The notes below the pieces were generated by a model, which was not told where the DNA came from, ran no database searches, and was given only the letters and a program-made list of their open reading frames with translations. Positions 40,817-62,561 of a stretch of 64,000 nt of DNA are shown here, in pieces. Source of the stretch: the human T2T-CHM13v2.0 reference genome, Homo sapiens; the NCBI RefSeq assembly GCF_009914755.1, contig NC_060948.1. The stretch is one strand, 5' to 3'. The position numbers and the translations under genes were made by a program. The stretch's first letter is position 1. The number at the start of each line of letters is the position of its first letter.

Positions 40817-42921
40817 AGATCCATATTTTTTAAATGAAAAAAAATTTCAAAGGTACTCTGCTTGGTACAATAATCAAATGTATAAACTGAGGAATAAAAC
40901 ATAACCATGAAACCTACTTATAACTGCATATGGAAAATACAGAGGATAATTTTTTAAATCACATATTTTGAAAGCCTTAACTAGTAATTTGAAGAGTTGG
41001 CATTTGAAAGGCCAGTATGAATATACCTTCAAAGCAGCAACACAGGTTCCCCATGAGAAAAAGCAAACTCAGGGAAAATAAAACCACAAAGGTTCAATCT
41101 CTTCTGACCTTTGAAAGACACAGCACAGACAGTGGTCCTTAGGACGAAGAGCAGGAGACCCCTAATTCCGTCACCATGGCGATAGGGCATAAACATTGCT
41201 GGGTGAGGGCACAATCCACATTGTGAGGTCCAACTGCTGCCAGGAAGACAGGAGTGCTTTTACATAGACCGAAAGGTCATTGAAGGCTCAGAGTTTTGTT
41301 TCAAGAACTGAATCCCAAGCCCACACGTTATTAGGCTGCGCTTCTTAAAACAAGTTATGAGATGGGAAAAAGGGCACCCACAAACATACGTATACATTAT
41401 GTATATAATAATATACAGTATCATATATATAATATATATAACCTATGTATAATATTGTTTTATATCCTGCATCTTATATTATATATATTGTATAAAATGT
41501 AATAATTGATAAAATATAAGTTTTATATTTATACAATATGACATATAGTATATATTATAATTTATGACATATATAATATATGTTATATATCATATATAGA
41601 ATATATTATACGGTTAATATACGTATTAAATATAAATTATACATTATATATATTATATAAAATATATCTGTTATATATAATACCCATTATGCATAATATA
41701 TATATTATGTCTATGTTATATATACTATAAAACAACATATAATAATATATAACTGTATATATAAAATGCGACATATAATATATATTATATTTTATGACAT
41801 ATGTAATATATATTATATATTATATATAATACGTTGTATGTATAATACCTATATTAAATATATATTATATGACTATGTTATTAATTACATGTCACATATG
41901 TTATATATTATATATTTTACATAGAATATACCGGTTACATACAATATATACTATGTTACCTATAATGTATAATTGATTACATGTAAAATAAAGAATGCAA
42001 TATATTATGTATAATTTATAATATACAATATGTGGAATGTGATATATATAACATATAATATATGATATATGATATACAGTATATGATATATAACATACAA
42101 TATATGATACCTGATATATATGGTATACAATATATATTTTATGATATGTATTCTCTATGTTTTATATTCTTTTATATATAACTATTTGAAATTATATATA
42201 ACTGTATAATATTTTATGTAAATATGTAATATAATATATATAACTATATAATATTTTATATATAACTATATATTATGTTATATATACTTTTATAACATAA
42301 TTTACATAAAATATCATAATATAATATATATTATATTATTTCATATTACATAATATACATTCCATATGACCCAATATAAGTAACATACATAATATTATAA
42401 TATAGATTATATTATGTTATATTAAATTTCATATATATCATGTATCATATATTCCATAATATATATTATACATTATATAATATGTATGTTGTCTATTATG
42501 TGATATATATAACTAAATATATAATTATATTGTGATACATATAACTAGATAAACATGTAATTCTACATATTTTCATTTATAATATATAAAATTATATAAT
42601 CATATATAATTATTTATATTCTATAAAAAATTATATCATTATATAAATTATAATATATAAAAATCATAATATGTCCTACAAATATATATATTATATATCA
42701 TATATGATATAGTACCTTTGTTATATATCATAATACATATAAATGTGTATTATGTTATCTATAATTATATAATTTCATATATAAGATGTATAATATGTAT
42801 TATATATTATATATGTTATGTAATATATATAGTATATATAAGATGACACAGGATAAATATTATATACTATGACATATAAAATATATGAGGTTATATGTTT
42901 CATATAAGGCATAGCACATAA

Positions 42922-43236
<315 letters not shown>

Positions 43237-45341
43237 AGATCCATATTTTTTAAATGCAAAAAAATTTCAAAGGTACTCTGCTTGGTACATTAATCAAATG
43301 TATAAACTGAGGAATAAAACATAACCATGAAACCTACTTATAACTGCATATGGAAAATACAGAGGATAATTTTTTAAATAACATATTTTGAAAGCCTTAA
43401 CTAGTAATTTGAAGAGTTGGCATTTGAAAGGCCAGTATGAATATACCTTCAAAGCAGCAACACAGGTTCCCCATGAGAAAAAGCAAACTCAGGGAAAATA
43501 AAAACATAAATGTTCAATCTCTTCTGACCTTTGAAAGACACAGCACAGACAGTGGTCCTTAGGACGAAGAGCAGGAGACCCCTAATTCCGTCACCATGGC
43601 GATAGGGCATAAACACTGCTGGGTGAGGTCACAATCCACATTGTGAGGTCCAACTGCTGCCAGGAAGACAGGAGTGCTTTTACATAGACCGAAAGGTCAT
43701 TGAAGGCTCAGAGTTTTGTTTCAAGAACTGAATCCCAAGCCCACACGTTATTAGGCTGCGCTTCTTAAAACAAGTTATGAGATGGGAAAAAGGGCACCCA
43801 CAAACATACGTATACATTATGTATATAATAATATACAATATCATATATATAATATATATAACCTATGTATAATATTGTTTTACATCCTGCATCTTATAAT
43901 ATATATATTGTATAAAATATAATAATTGATAATATATATGTTTTATATTTATACAATATGACATATAGTATATATTATAATTTATGACATATATAATATA
44001 TGTTATATATCATATATAGAATATATTATACGGTTAATATACGTATTAAATATAAATTATACATTATATATATTATATATAATATATCTGTTATATATAA
44101 TACCCATTATGCATAATATATATATTATGTCTATGTTATATATAGTATAAAACAACATATAATAATATATAATTGTATATATAAAATGCGACATATAATA
44201 TATATTATATTTTATGACATATGTAATATATATTATATATTATATATAATACGTGGTATGTATAATACCTATATTAAATATATATTATATGACTATGTTA
44301 TTAATTACATGTCACATATGTTATATATTATATATTTTACATAGAATATACCGGTTACATACAATATATACTATGTTACCTATAATGTATAATTGATTAC
44401 ATGTAAAATAAAGAATGCAATATATTATGTATAATTTATAATATACAATATGTGGAATGTGATATATATAACATATAATATATGATATATGATATACAGT
44501 ATATGATATATAACATACAATATATGATACCTAATATATATGGTATACAATATATATTTTATGTTATGTATTCTATATGTTTTATATTCTGTTATATATA
44601 ACTATTTGAAATTATATATAACTGTATAATATTTTATGTAAATATGTAATATAATATATATAACTATAAAATATATTATATATAACTATATATTATGTTA
44701 TATATACTTTTATAACATAATTTACATAAAATATCATAATATAATATATATTATATTATTTCACATTACATAATATATATTACATATCACCCAATATAAG
44801 TAACATACATAATATTATAATATAGATTATATTATGTTATATTAAATATCATATATATCATGTATCATATATTCTATAATATATATTATACATTATATAA
44901 TATGTATGTTGTCCATTATGTGATATATATAACTATATATATAATTATATTATTATACATATAACTAGATAAACATGTAATTCTACATATTTTCATTTAT
45001 AATATATAGAATTATATAATCATATATAATTATTTATATTCTATAAAAAATTATATCATTATATAAATTATAATATATAAAAATTATAAGATGTACTACA
45101 AATATATATATTATATATCATATATGATATAGTACCTTTGTTATATATCATAATACATATAAATGTGTATTATGTTATCTATAATTTTATAATTTCATAT
45201 ATAAGATGTATAATATGTATTATATATTGTATATGTTATGTAATATATATAGTATATATAAGCTGACACAGGATAAATATTATATACTATGACATATAAA
45301 ATATATGAGGTTATATGTTACATATAAGGCATAGCACATAA

Positions 45342-45656
<315 letters not shown>

Positions 45657-47756
45657 AGATCCATATTTTTTAAATGAAAAAAAATTTCAAAGGTACTCTG
45701 CTTGGTACAATAATCAAATGTATAAACTGAGGAATAAAACATAACCATGAAACCTACTTATAACTGCATATGGAAAATACAGAGGATAATTTTTTAAATA
45801 ACATATTTTGAAAGCCTTAACTAGTAATTTGAAGAGTTGGCATTTGAAAGGCCAGTATGAATATACCTTCAAAGCAGCAACACAGGTTCCCCATGAGAAA
45901 AAGCAAACTCAGGGAAAATAAAACCACAAAGGTTCAATCTCTTCTGACCTTTGAAAGACACAGCACAGACAGTGGTCCTTAGGACGAAGAGCAGGAGACC
46001 CCTAATTCCGTCACCATGGCGATAGGGCATAAACATTGCTGGGTGAGGGCACAATCCACATTGTGAGGTCCAACTGCTGCCAGGAAGACAGGAGTGCTTT
46101 TACATAGACCGAAAGGTCATGAAGGCTCAGAGTTTTGTTTCAAGAACTGAATCCCAAGCCCACACGTTATTAGGCTGCGCTTCTTAAAACAAGTTATGAG
46201 ATGGGAAAAAGGGCACCTACAAACATACGTATACATTATGTATATAATAATATACAGTATCATATATATAATATATATAACCCATGTATAATATTGTTTT
46301 ACATCCTGCATCTTATATTATATATATTGTATAAAATATAATAATTGATAATATATAAGTTTTATATTTATACAATATGACATATAGTATATATTATAAT
46401 TTATGACATATATAATATATGTTATATATCATATATAGAATATATTATACGGTTAATATACGTATTAAATATAAATTATACATTATATATATTATATATA
46501 ATATATCTGATATATATAATACCCATTGTGCATAATATATATATTATGTCTATGTTATATAATATAAAACAACATATAATAATATATAATTGTATATATA
46601 AAACGCGACATATAATATATATTATATTTTATGACATATGTAATATATATTATATATTATATATAATACGTTGTATGTATAATACCTATATTAAATATAA
46701 ATTATATGACTATGTTATTAATTACATGTCACATATGTTATATATTATATATTTTACATAGAATATACCGGTTACATACAATATATACTATGTTACCTAT
46801 AATGTATAATTTATTACATGTAAAATAAAGAATGCAATATATTATGTATAATTTATAATATACAATATGTGGAATGTGATATATATAACATATAATATAT
46901 GATATATGATATACAGTATATGATATATAACATACAATATATGATACCTAATATATATGGTATACAATATATATTTTATGATATGTATTCTATATGTTTT
47001 ATATTCTGATATATATAACTATTTGAAATTATATATAACTGTATAATATTTTATGTAAATATGTAATATAATATATAACTATATAATATATTATATATAA
47101 CTATATATTATGTTATATATACTTTTATAACATAATTTACATAAAATATCATAATATAATATATATTATATTATTTCACATTACATAATATATATTACAT
47201 ATCACCCAATATAAGTAACATACATAATATTATAATATAGATTATATTATGTTATATTAAATATCATATATATCATGTATCATATATTCTATAATATATA
47301 TTATACATTATATAATATGTATGTTGTCCATTATGTGATATATATAACTATATATATAATTATATTATTATACATATAACTAGATAAACATGTAATTCTA
47401 CATATTTTCATTTATAATATATAGAATTATATAATCATATATAATTATTTATATTCTATAAAAAATTATATCATTATATAAATTATAATATATAAAAATT
47501 ATAAGATGTACTACAAATATATATATTATATATCATATATGATATAGTACCTTTGTTATATATCATAATACATATAAATGTGTATTATGTTATCTATAAT
47601 TTTATAATTTCATATATAAGATGTATAATATGTATTATATATTGTATATGTTATGTAATATATATAGTATATATAAGCTGACACAGGATAAATATTATAT
47701 ACTATGACATATAAAATATATGAGGTTATATGTTACATATAAGGCATAGCACATAA

Positions 47757-48071
<315 letters not shown>

Positions 48072-50170
48072 AGATCCATATTTTTTAAATGAAAAAAAAT
48101 TTCAAAGGTACTCTGCTTGGTACAATAATCAAATGTATAAACTGAGGAATAAAACATAACCATGAAACCTACTTATAACTGCATATGGAAAATACAGAGG
48201 ATAATTTTTTAAATAACATATTTTGAAAGCCTTAACTAGTAATTTGAAGAGTTGGCATTTGAAAGGCCAGTATGAATATACCTTCAAAGCAGCAACACAG
48301 GTTCCCCATGAGAAAAAGCAAACTCAGGGAAAATAAAACCACAAAGGTTCAATCTCTTCTGACCTTTGAAAGACACAGCACAGACAGTGGTCCTTAGGAC
48401 GAAGAGCAGGAGACCCCTAATTCCGTCACCATGGCGATAGGGCATAAACATTGCTGGGTGAGGGCACAATCCACATTGTGAGGTCCAACTGCTGCCAGGA
48501 AGACAGGAGTGCTTTTACATAGACCGAAAGGTCATTGAAGGCTCAGAGTTTTGTTTCAAGAACTGAATCCCAAGCCCACACGTTATTAGGCTGCGCTTCT
48601 TAAAACAAGTTATGAGATGGGAAAAAGGGCACCTACAAACATACGTATACATTATGTATATAATAATATACAGTATCATATATATAATATATATAACCCA
48701 TGTATAATATTGTTTTACATCCTGCATCTTATATTATATATATTGTATAAAATATAATAATTGATAATATATAAGTTTTATATTTATACAATATGACATA
48801 TAGTATATATTATAATTTATGACATATATAATATATGTTATATATCATATATAGAATATATTATACGGTTAATATACGTATTAAATATAAATTATACATT
48901 ATATATATTATATATAATATATCTGCTATATATAATACCCATTGTGCATAATATATATATTATGTCTATGTTATATAATATAAAACAACATATAATAATA
49001 TATAATTGTATATATAAAACGCGACATATAATATATATTATATTTTATGACATATGTAATATATATTATATATTATATATAATACGTTGTATGTATAATA
49101 CCTATATTAAATATAAATTATATGACTATGTTATTAATTACATGTCACATATGTTATATATTATATATTTTACATAGAATATACCGGTTACATACAATAT
49201 ATACTATGTTACCTATAATGTATAATTTATTACATGTAAAATAAAGAATGCAATATATTATGTATAATTTATAATATACAATATGTGGAATGTGATATAT
49301 ATAACATATAATATATGATATATGATATACAGTATATGATATATAACATACAATATATGATACCTAATATATATGGTATACAATATATATTTTATGATAT
49401 GTATTCTAAATGTTTTATATTCTGATATATATAACTATTTGAAATTATATATAACTGTATAATATTTTATGTAAATATGTAATATAATATATAACTATAT
49501 AATATATTATATATAACTATATATTATGTTATATATACTTTTATAACATAATTTACATAAAATATCATAATATAATATATATTATATTATTTCATATTAC
49601 ATAATATATATTACATATCACCCAATATAAGTAACATACATAATATTATAATATAGATTATATTATGTTATATTAAATATCATATATATCATGTATCATA
49701 TATTCTATAGTATATATGATACATTATATAATATGTATGTTGTCTATTATGTGATATATATAACTATATATAATTATATTATTATACATATTACTAGATA
49801 AACATGTAATTCTACATATTTTCATTTATAATATATAGAATTATATTATCATATATAATTATTTATATTCTATAAAAAATTATATCATTATATAAATTAT
49901 AATATATAAAAATTATAATATGTACTACAAATATATATATTATATATCATATATGATATAGTACCTTTGTTATATATCATAATACATATAAATGTGTATT
50001 ATGTTATCTATAATTATATAATTTCATATATAAGATGTATAATATGTATTATATATTATATATGTTATGTAATATATATAGTATATATAAGATGACACAG
50101 GATAAATATTATATACTATGACATATAAAATATATGAGGTTATATGTTACATATAAGGCATAGCACATAA

Positions 50171-50485
<315 letters not shown>

Positions 50486-52586
50486 AGATCCATATTTTTT
50501 AAATGAAAAAAAATTTCAAAGGTACTCTGCTTGGTACAATAATCAAATGTATAAACTGAGGAATAAAACATAACCATGAAACCTACTTATAACTGCATAT
50601 GGAAAATACAGAGGATAATTTTTTAAATAACATATTTTGAAAGCCTTAACTAGTAATTTGAAGAGTTGGCATTTGAAAGGCCAGTATGAATATACCTTCA
50701 AAGCAGCAACACAGGTTCCCCATGAGAAAAAGCAAACTCAGGGAAAATAAAACCACAAAGGTTCAATCTCTTCTGACCTTTGAAAGACACAGCACAGACA
50801 GTGGTCCTTAGGACGAAGAGCAGGAGACCCCTAATTCCGTCACCATGGCGATAGGGCATAAACATTGCTGGGTGAGGGCACAATCCACATTGTGAGGTCC
50901 AACTGCTGCCAGGAAGACAGGAGTGCTTTTACATAGACCGAAAGGTCATTGAAGGTTCAGAGTTTTGTTTCAAGAACTGAATCCCAAGCCCACACGTTAT
51001 TAGGCTGCGCTTCTTAAAACAAGTTATGAGATGGGAAAAAGGGCACCTACAAACATACGTATACATTATGTATATAATAATATACAGTATCATATATATA
51101 ATATATATAACCCATGTATAATATTGTTTTACATCCTGCATCTTATGTTATATATATTGTATAAAATATAATAATTGATAATATATAAATTTTATATTTA
51201 TACAATATGACATATAGTATATATTATAATTTATTACATATATAATATATGTTATATATCATATATAGAATATATTCTATGGTTAATATACCTATTAAAT
51301 ATAAATTATACATTATATATATTATATATAATATATCTGCTATATATAATACCCATTGTGCATAATATATATATTATGTCTATGTTATATATAGTATAAA
51401 ACAACATATAATAATATATAATTGTATATATAAAACGCGACATATAATATATATTATATTTTATGACAGATGTAATATATATTATATATTATATATAATA
51501 CGTTGTATGTATAATACCTATATTAAATATAAATTATATGACTATGTTATTAATTACATGTCACATATGTTATATATTATATATTTTACATAGAATATAC
51601 CGGTTACATACAATATATACTATGTTACCTATAATGTATAATTTATTACATGTAAAATAAAGAATGCAATATATTATGTATAATTTATAATATACAATAT
51701 GTGGAATGTGATATATATAACATATAATATATGATATATGATATACAGTATATGATATATAACATACAATGTATGATACCTAATATATATGGTATACAAT
51801 ATATATTTTATGATATGTATTCTATATGTTTTATATTCTGTTATATATAACTATTTGAAATTATATATAACTGTATAATATTTTATGTAAATATGTAATA
51901 TAATATATAACTATATAATATATTATATATAACTATATATTATGTTATATATACTTTTATAACATAATTTACATAAAATATCATAATATAATATATATTA
52001 TATTATTTCATATTACATAATATATATTACATATCACCCAATATAAGTAACATACATAATATTATAATATAGATTATATTATGTTATATTAAATATCATA
52101 TATATCATGTATCATATATTCTATAATATATATGATACATTATATAATATGTATGTTGTCTATTATGTGATATATATAACTATATATAATTATATTATTA
52201 TACATATTACTAGATAAACATGTAATTCTACATATTTTCCTTTATAATATATAGAATTATATAATCATATATAATTATTTATATTCTATAAAAAATTATA
52301 TCATTATATAAATTATAATATATAAAAATTATAATATGTACTACAAATATATATATTATATATCATATATGATATAGTACCTTTGTTATATATCATAATA
52401 CATATAAATGTGTATTATGTTATCTATAATTATATAATTTCATATATAAGATGTATAATATGTATTATATATTATATATGTTATGTAATATATATAGTAT
52501 ATATAAGATGACACAGGATAAATATTATATACTATGACATATAAAATATATGAGGTTATATGTTACATATAAGGCATAGCACATAA

Positions 52587-52901
<315 letters not shown>

Positions 52902-55000
52902 AGATCCATATTTTTTAAATGAAAAAAAATTTCAAAGGTACTCTGCTTGGTACAATAATCAAATGTATAAACTGAGGAATAAAACATAACCATGAAACCT
53001 ACTTATAACTGCATATGGAAAATACAGAGGATAATTTTTTAAATAACATATTTTGAAAGCCTTAACTAGTAATTTGAAGAGTTGGCATTTGAAAGGCCAG
53101 TATGAATATACCTTCAAAGCAGCAACACAGGTTCCCCATGAGAAAAAGCAAACTCAGGGAAAATAAAACCACAAAGGTTCAATCTCTTCTGACCTTTGAA
53201 AGACACAGCACAGACAGTGGTCCTTAGGACGAAGAGCAGGAGACCCCTAATTCCGTCACCATGGCGATAGGGCATAAACATTGCTGGGTGAGGGCACAAT
53301 CCACATTGTGAGGTCCAACTGCTGCCAGGAAGACAGGAGTGCTTTTACATAGACCGAAAGGTCATTGAAGGCTCAGAGTTTTGTTTCAAGAACTGAATCC
53401 CAAGCCCACACGTTATTAGGCTGCGCTTCTTAAAACAAGTTATGAGATGGGAAAAAGGGCACCTACAAACATACGTATACATTATGTATATAATAATATA
53501 CAGTATCATATATATAATATATATAACCCATGTATAATATTGTTTTACATCCTGCATCTTATATTATATATATTGTATAAAATATAATAATTGATAATAT
53601 ATAAGTTTTATATTTATACAATATGACATATAGTATATATTATAATTTATGACATATATAATATATGTTATATATCATATATAGAATATATTATACGGTT
53701 AATATACGTATTAAATATAAATTATACATTATATATATTATATATAATATATCTGCTATATATAATACCCATTGTGCATAATATATATATTATGTCTATG
53801 TTATATAATATAAAACAACATATAATAATATATAATTGTATATATAAAACGCGACATATAATATATATTATATTTTATGACATATGTAATATATATTATA
53901 TATTATATATAATACGTTGTATGTATAATACCTATATTAAATATAAATTATATGACTATGTTATTAATTACATGTCACATATGTTATATATTATATATTT
54001 TACATAGAATATACCGGTTACATACAATATATACTATGTTACCTATAATGTATAATTTATTACATGTAAAATAAAGAATGCAATATATTATGTATAATTT
54101 ATAATATACAATATGTGGAATGTGATATATATAACATATAATATATGATATATGATATACAGTATATGATATATAACATACAATATATGATACCTAATAT
54201 ATATGGTATACAATATATATTTTATGATATGTATTCTAAATGTTTTATATTCTGATATATATAACTATTTGAAATTATATATAACTGTATAATATTTTAT
54301 GTAAATATGTAATATAATATATAACTATATAATATATTATATATAACTATATATTATGTTATATATACTTTTATAACATAATTTACATAAAATATCATAA
54401 TATAATATATATTATATTATTTCATATTACATAATATATATTACATATCACCCAATATAAGTAACATACATAATATTATAATATAGATTATATTATGTTA
54501 TATTAAATATCATATATATCATGTATCATATATTCTATAGTATATATGATACATTATATAATATGTATGTTGTCTATTATGTGATATATATAACTATATA
54601 TAATTATATTATTATACATATTACTAGATAAACATGTAATTCTACATATTTTCATTTATAATATATAGAATTATATTATCATATATAATTATTTATATTC
54701 TATAAAAAATTATATCATTATATAAATTATAATATATAAAAATTATAATATGTACTACAAATATATATATTATATATCATATATGATATAGTACCTTTGT
54801 TATATATCATAATACATATAAATGTGTATTATGTTATCTATAATTATATAATTTCATATATAAGATGTATAATATGTATTATATATTATATATGTTATGT
54901 AATATATATAGTATATATAAGATGACACAGGATAAATATTATATACTATGACATATAAAATATATGAGGTTATATGTTACATATAAGGCATAGCACATAA

Positions 55001-55315
<315 letters not shown>

Positions 55316-57416
55316 AGATCCATATTTTTTAAATGAAAAAAAATTTCAAAGGTACTCTGCTTGGTACAATAATCAAATGTATAAACTGAGGAATAAAACA
55401 TAACCATGAAACCTACTTATAACTGCATATGGAAAATACAGAGGATAATTTTTTAAATAACATATTTTGAAAGCCTTAACTAGTAATTTGAAGAGTTGGC
55501 ATTTGAAAGGCCAGTATGAATATACCTTCAAAGCAGCAACACAGGTTCCCCATGAGAAAAAGCAAACTCAGGGAAAATAAAACCACAAAGGTTCAATCTC
55601 TTCTGACCTTTGAAAGACACAGCACAGACAGTGGTCCTTAGGACGAAGAGCAGGAGACCCCTAATTCCGTCACCATGGCGATAGGGCATAAACATTGCTG
55701 GGTGAGGGCACAATCCACATTGTGAGGTCCAACTGCTGCCAGGAAGACAGGAGTGCTTTTACATAGACCGAAAGGTCATTGAAGGTTCAGAGTTTTGTTT
55801 CAAGAACTGAATCCCAAGCCCACACGTTATTAGGCTGCGCTTCTTAAAACAAGTTATGAGATGGGAAAAAGGGCACCTACAAACATACGTATACATTATG
55901 TATATAATAATATACAGTATCATATATATAATATATATAACCCATGTATAATATTGTTTTACATCCTGCATCTTATGTTATATATATTGTATAAAATATA
56001 ATAATTGATAATATATAAATTTTATATTTATACAATATGACATATAGTATATATTATAATTTATTACATATATAATATATGTTATATATCATATATAGAA
56101 TATATTCTATGGTTAATATACCTATTAAATATAAATTATACATTATATATATTATATATAATATATCTGCTATATATAATACCCATTGTGCATAATATAT
56201 ATATTATGTCTATGTTATATATAGTATAAAACAACATATAATAATATATAATTGTATATATAAAACGCGACATATAATATATATTATATTTTATGACAGA
56301 TGTAATATATATTATATATTATATATAATACGTTGTATGTATAATACCTATATTAAATATAAATTATATGACTATGTTATTAATTACATGTCACATATGT
56401 TATATATTATATATTTTACATAGAATATACCGGTTACATACAATATATACTATGTTACCTATAATGTATAATTTATTACATGTAAAATAAAGAATGCAAT
56501 ATATTATGTATAATTTATAATATACAATATGTGGAATGTGATATATATAACATATAATATATGATATATGATATACAGTATATGATATATAACATACAAT
56601 GTATGATACCTAATATATATGGTATACAATATATATTTTATGATATGTATTCTATATGTTTTATATTCTGTTATATATAACTATTTGAAATTATATATAA
56701 CTGTATAATATTTTATGTAAATATGTAATATAATATATAACTATATAATATATTATATATAACTATATATTATGTTATATATACTTTTATAACATAATTT
56801 ACATAAAATATCATAATATAATATATATTATATTATTTCATATTACATAATATATATTACATATCACCCAATATAAGTAACATACATAATATTATAATAT
56901 AGATTATATTATGTTATATTAAATATCATATATATCATGTATCATATATTCTATAATATATATGATACATTATATAATATGTATGTTGTCTATTATGTGA
57001 TATATATAACTATATATAATTATATTATTATACATATTACTAGATAAACATGTAATTCTACATATTTTCCTTTATAATATATAGAATTATATAATCATAT
57101 ATAATTATTTATATTCTATAAAAAATTATATCATTATATAAATTATAATATATAAAAATTATAATATGTACTACAAATATATATATTATATATCATATAT
57201 GATATAGTACCTTTGTTATATATCATAATACATATAAATGTGTATTATGTTATCTATAATTATATAATTTCATATATAAGATGTATAATATGTATTATAT
57301 ATTATATATGTTATGTAATATATATAGTATATATAAGATGACACAGGATAAATATTATATACTATGACATATAAAATATATGAGGTTATATGTTACATAT
57401 AAGGCATAGCACATAA

Positions 57417-57731
<315 letters not shown>

Positions 57732-59853
57732 AGATCCATATTTTTTAAATGAAAAAAAATTTCAAAGGTACTCTGCTTGGTACAATAATCAAATGTATAA
57801 ACTGAGGAATAAAACATAACCATGAAACCTACTTATAACTGCATATGGAAAATACAGAGGATAATTTTTTAAATAACATATTTTGAAAGCCTTAACTAGT
57901 AATTTGAAGAGTTGGCATTTGAAAGGCCAGTATGAATATACCTTCAAAGCAGCAACACAGGTTCCCCATGAGAAAAAGCAAACTCAGGGAAAATAAAACC
58001 ACAAAGGTTCAATCTCTTCTGACCTTTGAAAGACACAGCACAGACAGTGGTCCTTAGGACGAAGAGCAGGAGACCCCTAATTCCGTCACCATGGCGATAG
58101 GGCATAAACATTGCTGGGTGAGGGCACAATCCACATTGTGAGGTCCAACTGCTGCCAGGAAGACAGGAGTGCTTTTACATAGACCGAAAGGTCATTGAAG
58201 GCTCAGAGTTTTGTTTCAAGAACTGAATCCCAAGCCCACACGTTATTAGGCTGCGCTTCTTAAAACAAGTTATGAGATGGGAAAAAGGGCACCTACAAAC
58301 ATACGTATACATTATGTATATAATAATATACAGTATCATATATATAATATATATAACCCATGTATAATATTGTTTTACATCCTGCATCTTATATTATATA
58401 TATTGTATAAAATATAATAATTGATAATATATAAATTTTATATTTATACAATATGACATATAGTATATATTATAATTTATTACATATATAATATATGTTA
58501 TATATCATATATAGAATATATTATACGGTTAATATACGTATTAAATATAAATTATACATTATATATATTATATATAATATATCTGCTATATATAATACCC
58601 ATTGTGCATAATATATATATTATGTCTATGTTATATAATATAAAACAACATATAATAATATATAATTGTATATATAAAACGCGACATATAATATATATTA
58701 TATTTTATGACATATGTAATATATATTATATATTATATATAATACGTTGTATGTATAATACCTATATTAAATATAAATTATATGACTATGTTATTAATTA
58801 CATGTCACATATGTTATATATTATATATTTTACATAGAATATACCGGTTACATACAATATATACTATGTTACCTATAATGTATAATTTATTACATGTAAA
58901 ATAAAGAATGCAATATATTATGTATAATTTATAATATACAATATGTGGAATGTGATATATATAACATATAATATATGATATATGATATACAGTATATGAT
59001 ATATAACATACAATATATGATACCTAATATATATGGTATACAATATATATTTTATGATATGTATTCTATATGTTTTATATTCTGATATATATAACTATTT
59101 GAAATTATATATAACTGTATAATATTTTATGTAAATATGTAATATAATATATAACTATATAATATATTATATATAACTATATATTATGTTATATATACTT
59201 TTATAACATAATTTACATAAAATATCATAATATAATATATATTATATTATTTCATATTACATAATATATATTACATATCACCCAATATAAGTAACATACA
59301 TAATATTATAATATAGATTATATTATGTTATATTAAATATCATATATATCATGTATCATATATTCTATAATATATATGATACATTATATAATATGTATGC
59401 TGTCTATTATGTGATATATATAACTATATATAATTATATTATTATACATATTACTAGATAAACATGTAATTCTACATATTTTCATTTATAATATATAGAA
59501 TTATATAATCATATATAATTATTTATATTCTATAAAAAATTATATCATTATATAAATTATAATATATAAAAATTATAATATGTACTACAAATATATATAT
59601 TATATATCATATATGATATAGTACCTTTGTTATATATCATAATACATATAAATGTGTATTATGTTATCTATAATTATATAATTTCATATATAAGATGTAT
59701 AATATGTATTATATATTATATATGTTATGTAATATATATAGTATATATAAGATGACACAGGATAAATATTATATACTATGACATATAAAATATATGAGGT
59801 TATATGTTACATATAAGGCATAGCACATAACATGTAATATATATCATATATAA

Positions 59854-60145
<292 letters not shown>

Positions 60146-62246
60146 AGATCCATATTTTTTAAATGAAAAAAAATTTCAAAGGTACTCTGCTTGGTACAAT
60201 AATCAAAAGTATAAACTGAGGAATAAAACATAACCATGAAACCTACTTATAACTGCATATGGAAAATACAGAGGATAATTTTTTAAATAACATATTTTGA
60301 AAGCCTTAACTAGTAATTTGAAGAGTTGGCATTTGAAAGGCCAGTATGAATACACCTTCAAAGCAGCAACACAGGTTCCCCATGAGAAAAAGCAAACTCA
60401 GGGAAAATAAAACCACAAAGGTTCAATCTCTTCTGACCTTTGAAAGACACAGCACAGACAGTGGTCCTTAGGACGAAGAGCAGGAGACCCCTAATTCCGT
60501 CACCATGGCGATAGGGCATAAACATTGCTGGGTGAGGGCACAATCCACATTGTGAGGTCCAACTGCTGCCAGGAAGACAGGAGTGCTTTTACATAGACCG
60601 AAAGGTCATTGAAGGCTCAGAGTTTTGTTTCAAGAACTGAATCCCAAGCCCACACGTTATTAGGCTGCGCTTCTTAAAACAAGTTATGAGATGGGAAAAA
60701 GGGCACCTACAAACATACGTATACATTATGTATATAATAATATACAGTATCATATATATAATATATATAACCCATGTATAATATTGTTTTACATCCTGCA
60801 TCTTATATTATATATATTGTATAAAATATAATAATTGATAATATATAAATTTTATATTTATACAATATGACATATAGTATATATTATAATTTATTACATA
60901 TATAATATATGTTATATATCATATATAGAATATATTATACGGTTAATATACGTATTAAATATAAATTATACATTATATATATTATATATAATATATCTGC
61001 TATATATAATACCCATTGTGCATAATATATATATTATGTCTATGTTATATATAGTATAAAACAACATATAATAATATATAATTGTATATATAAAACGCGA
61101 CATACAATATATATTATATTTTATGACATATGTAATATATATTATATATTATATATAATACGTTGTATGTATAATACCTATATTAAATATAAATTATATG
61201 ACTATGTTATTAATTACATGTCACATATGTTATATATTATATATTTTACATAGAATATACCGGTTACATACAATATATACTATGTTACCTATAATGTATA
61301 ATTTATTACATGTAAAATAAAGAATGCAATATATTATGTATAATTTATAATATACAATATGTGGAATGTGATATATATAACATATAATATATGATATATG
61401 ATATACAGTATATGATATATAACATACAATATATGATACCTAATATATATGGTATACAATATATATTTTATGATATGTATTCTATATGTTTTATATTCTG
61501 TTATATATAACTATTTGAAATTATATATAACTGTATAATATTTTATGTAAATATGTAATATAATATATAACTATATAATATATTATATATAACTATATAT
61601 TATGTTATATATACTTTTATAACATAATTTACATAAAATATCATAATATAATATATATTATATTATTTCATATTACATAATATATATTACATATCACCCA
61701 ATATAAGTAACATACATAATATTATAATATAGATTATATTATGTTATATTAAATATCATATATATCATGTATCATATATTCTATAATATATATGATACAT
61801 TATATAATATGTATGTTGTCTATTATGTGATATATATAACTATATATAATTATATTATTATACATATTACTAGATAAACATGTAATTCTACATATTTTCA
61901 TTTATAATATATAGAATTATATAATCATATATAATTATTTATATTCTATAAAAAATTATATCATTATATAAATTATAATATATAAAAATTATAATATGTA
62001 TTACAAATATATATATTATATATCATATATGGTATAGTACCTTTGTTATATATCATAATACATATAAATGTGTATTATGTTATCTATAATTATATAATTT
62101 CATATATAAGATGTATAATATGTATTATATATTATATATGTTATGTAATATATATAGTATATATAAGATGACACAGGATAAATATTATATACTATGACAT
62201 ATAAAATATATGAGGTTATATGTTAAATATAAGGCATAGCACATAA

Positions 62247-62561
<315 letters not shown>
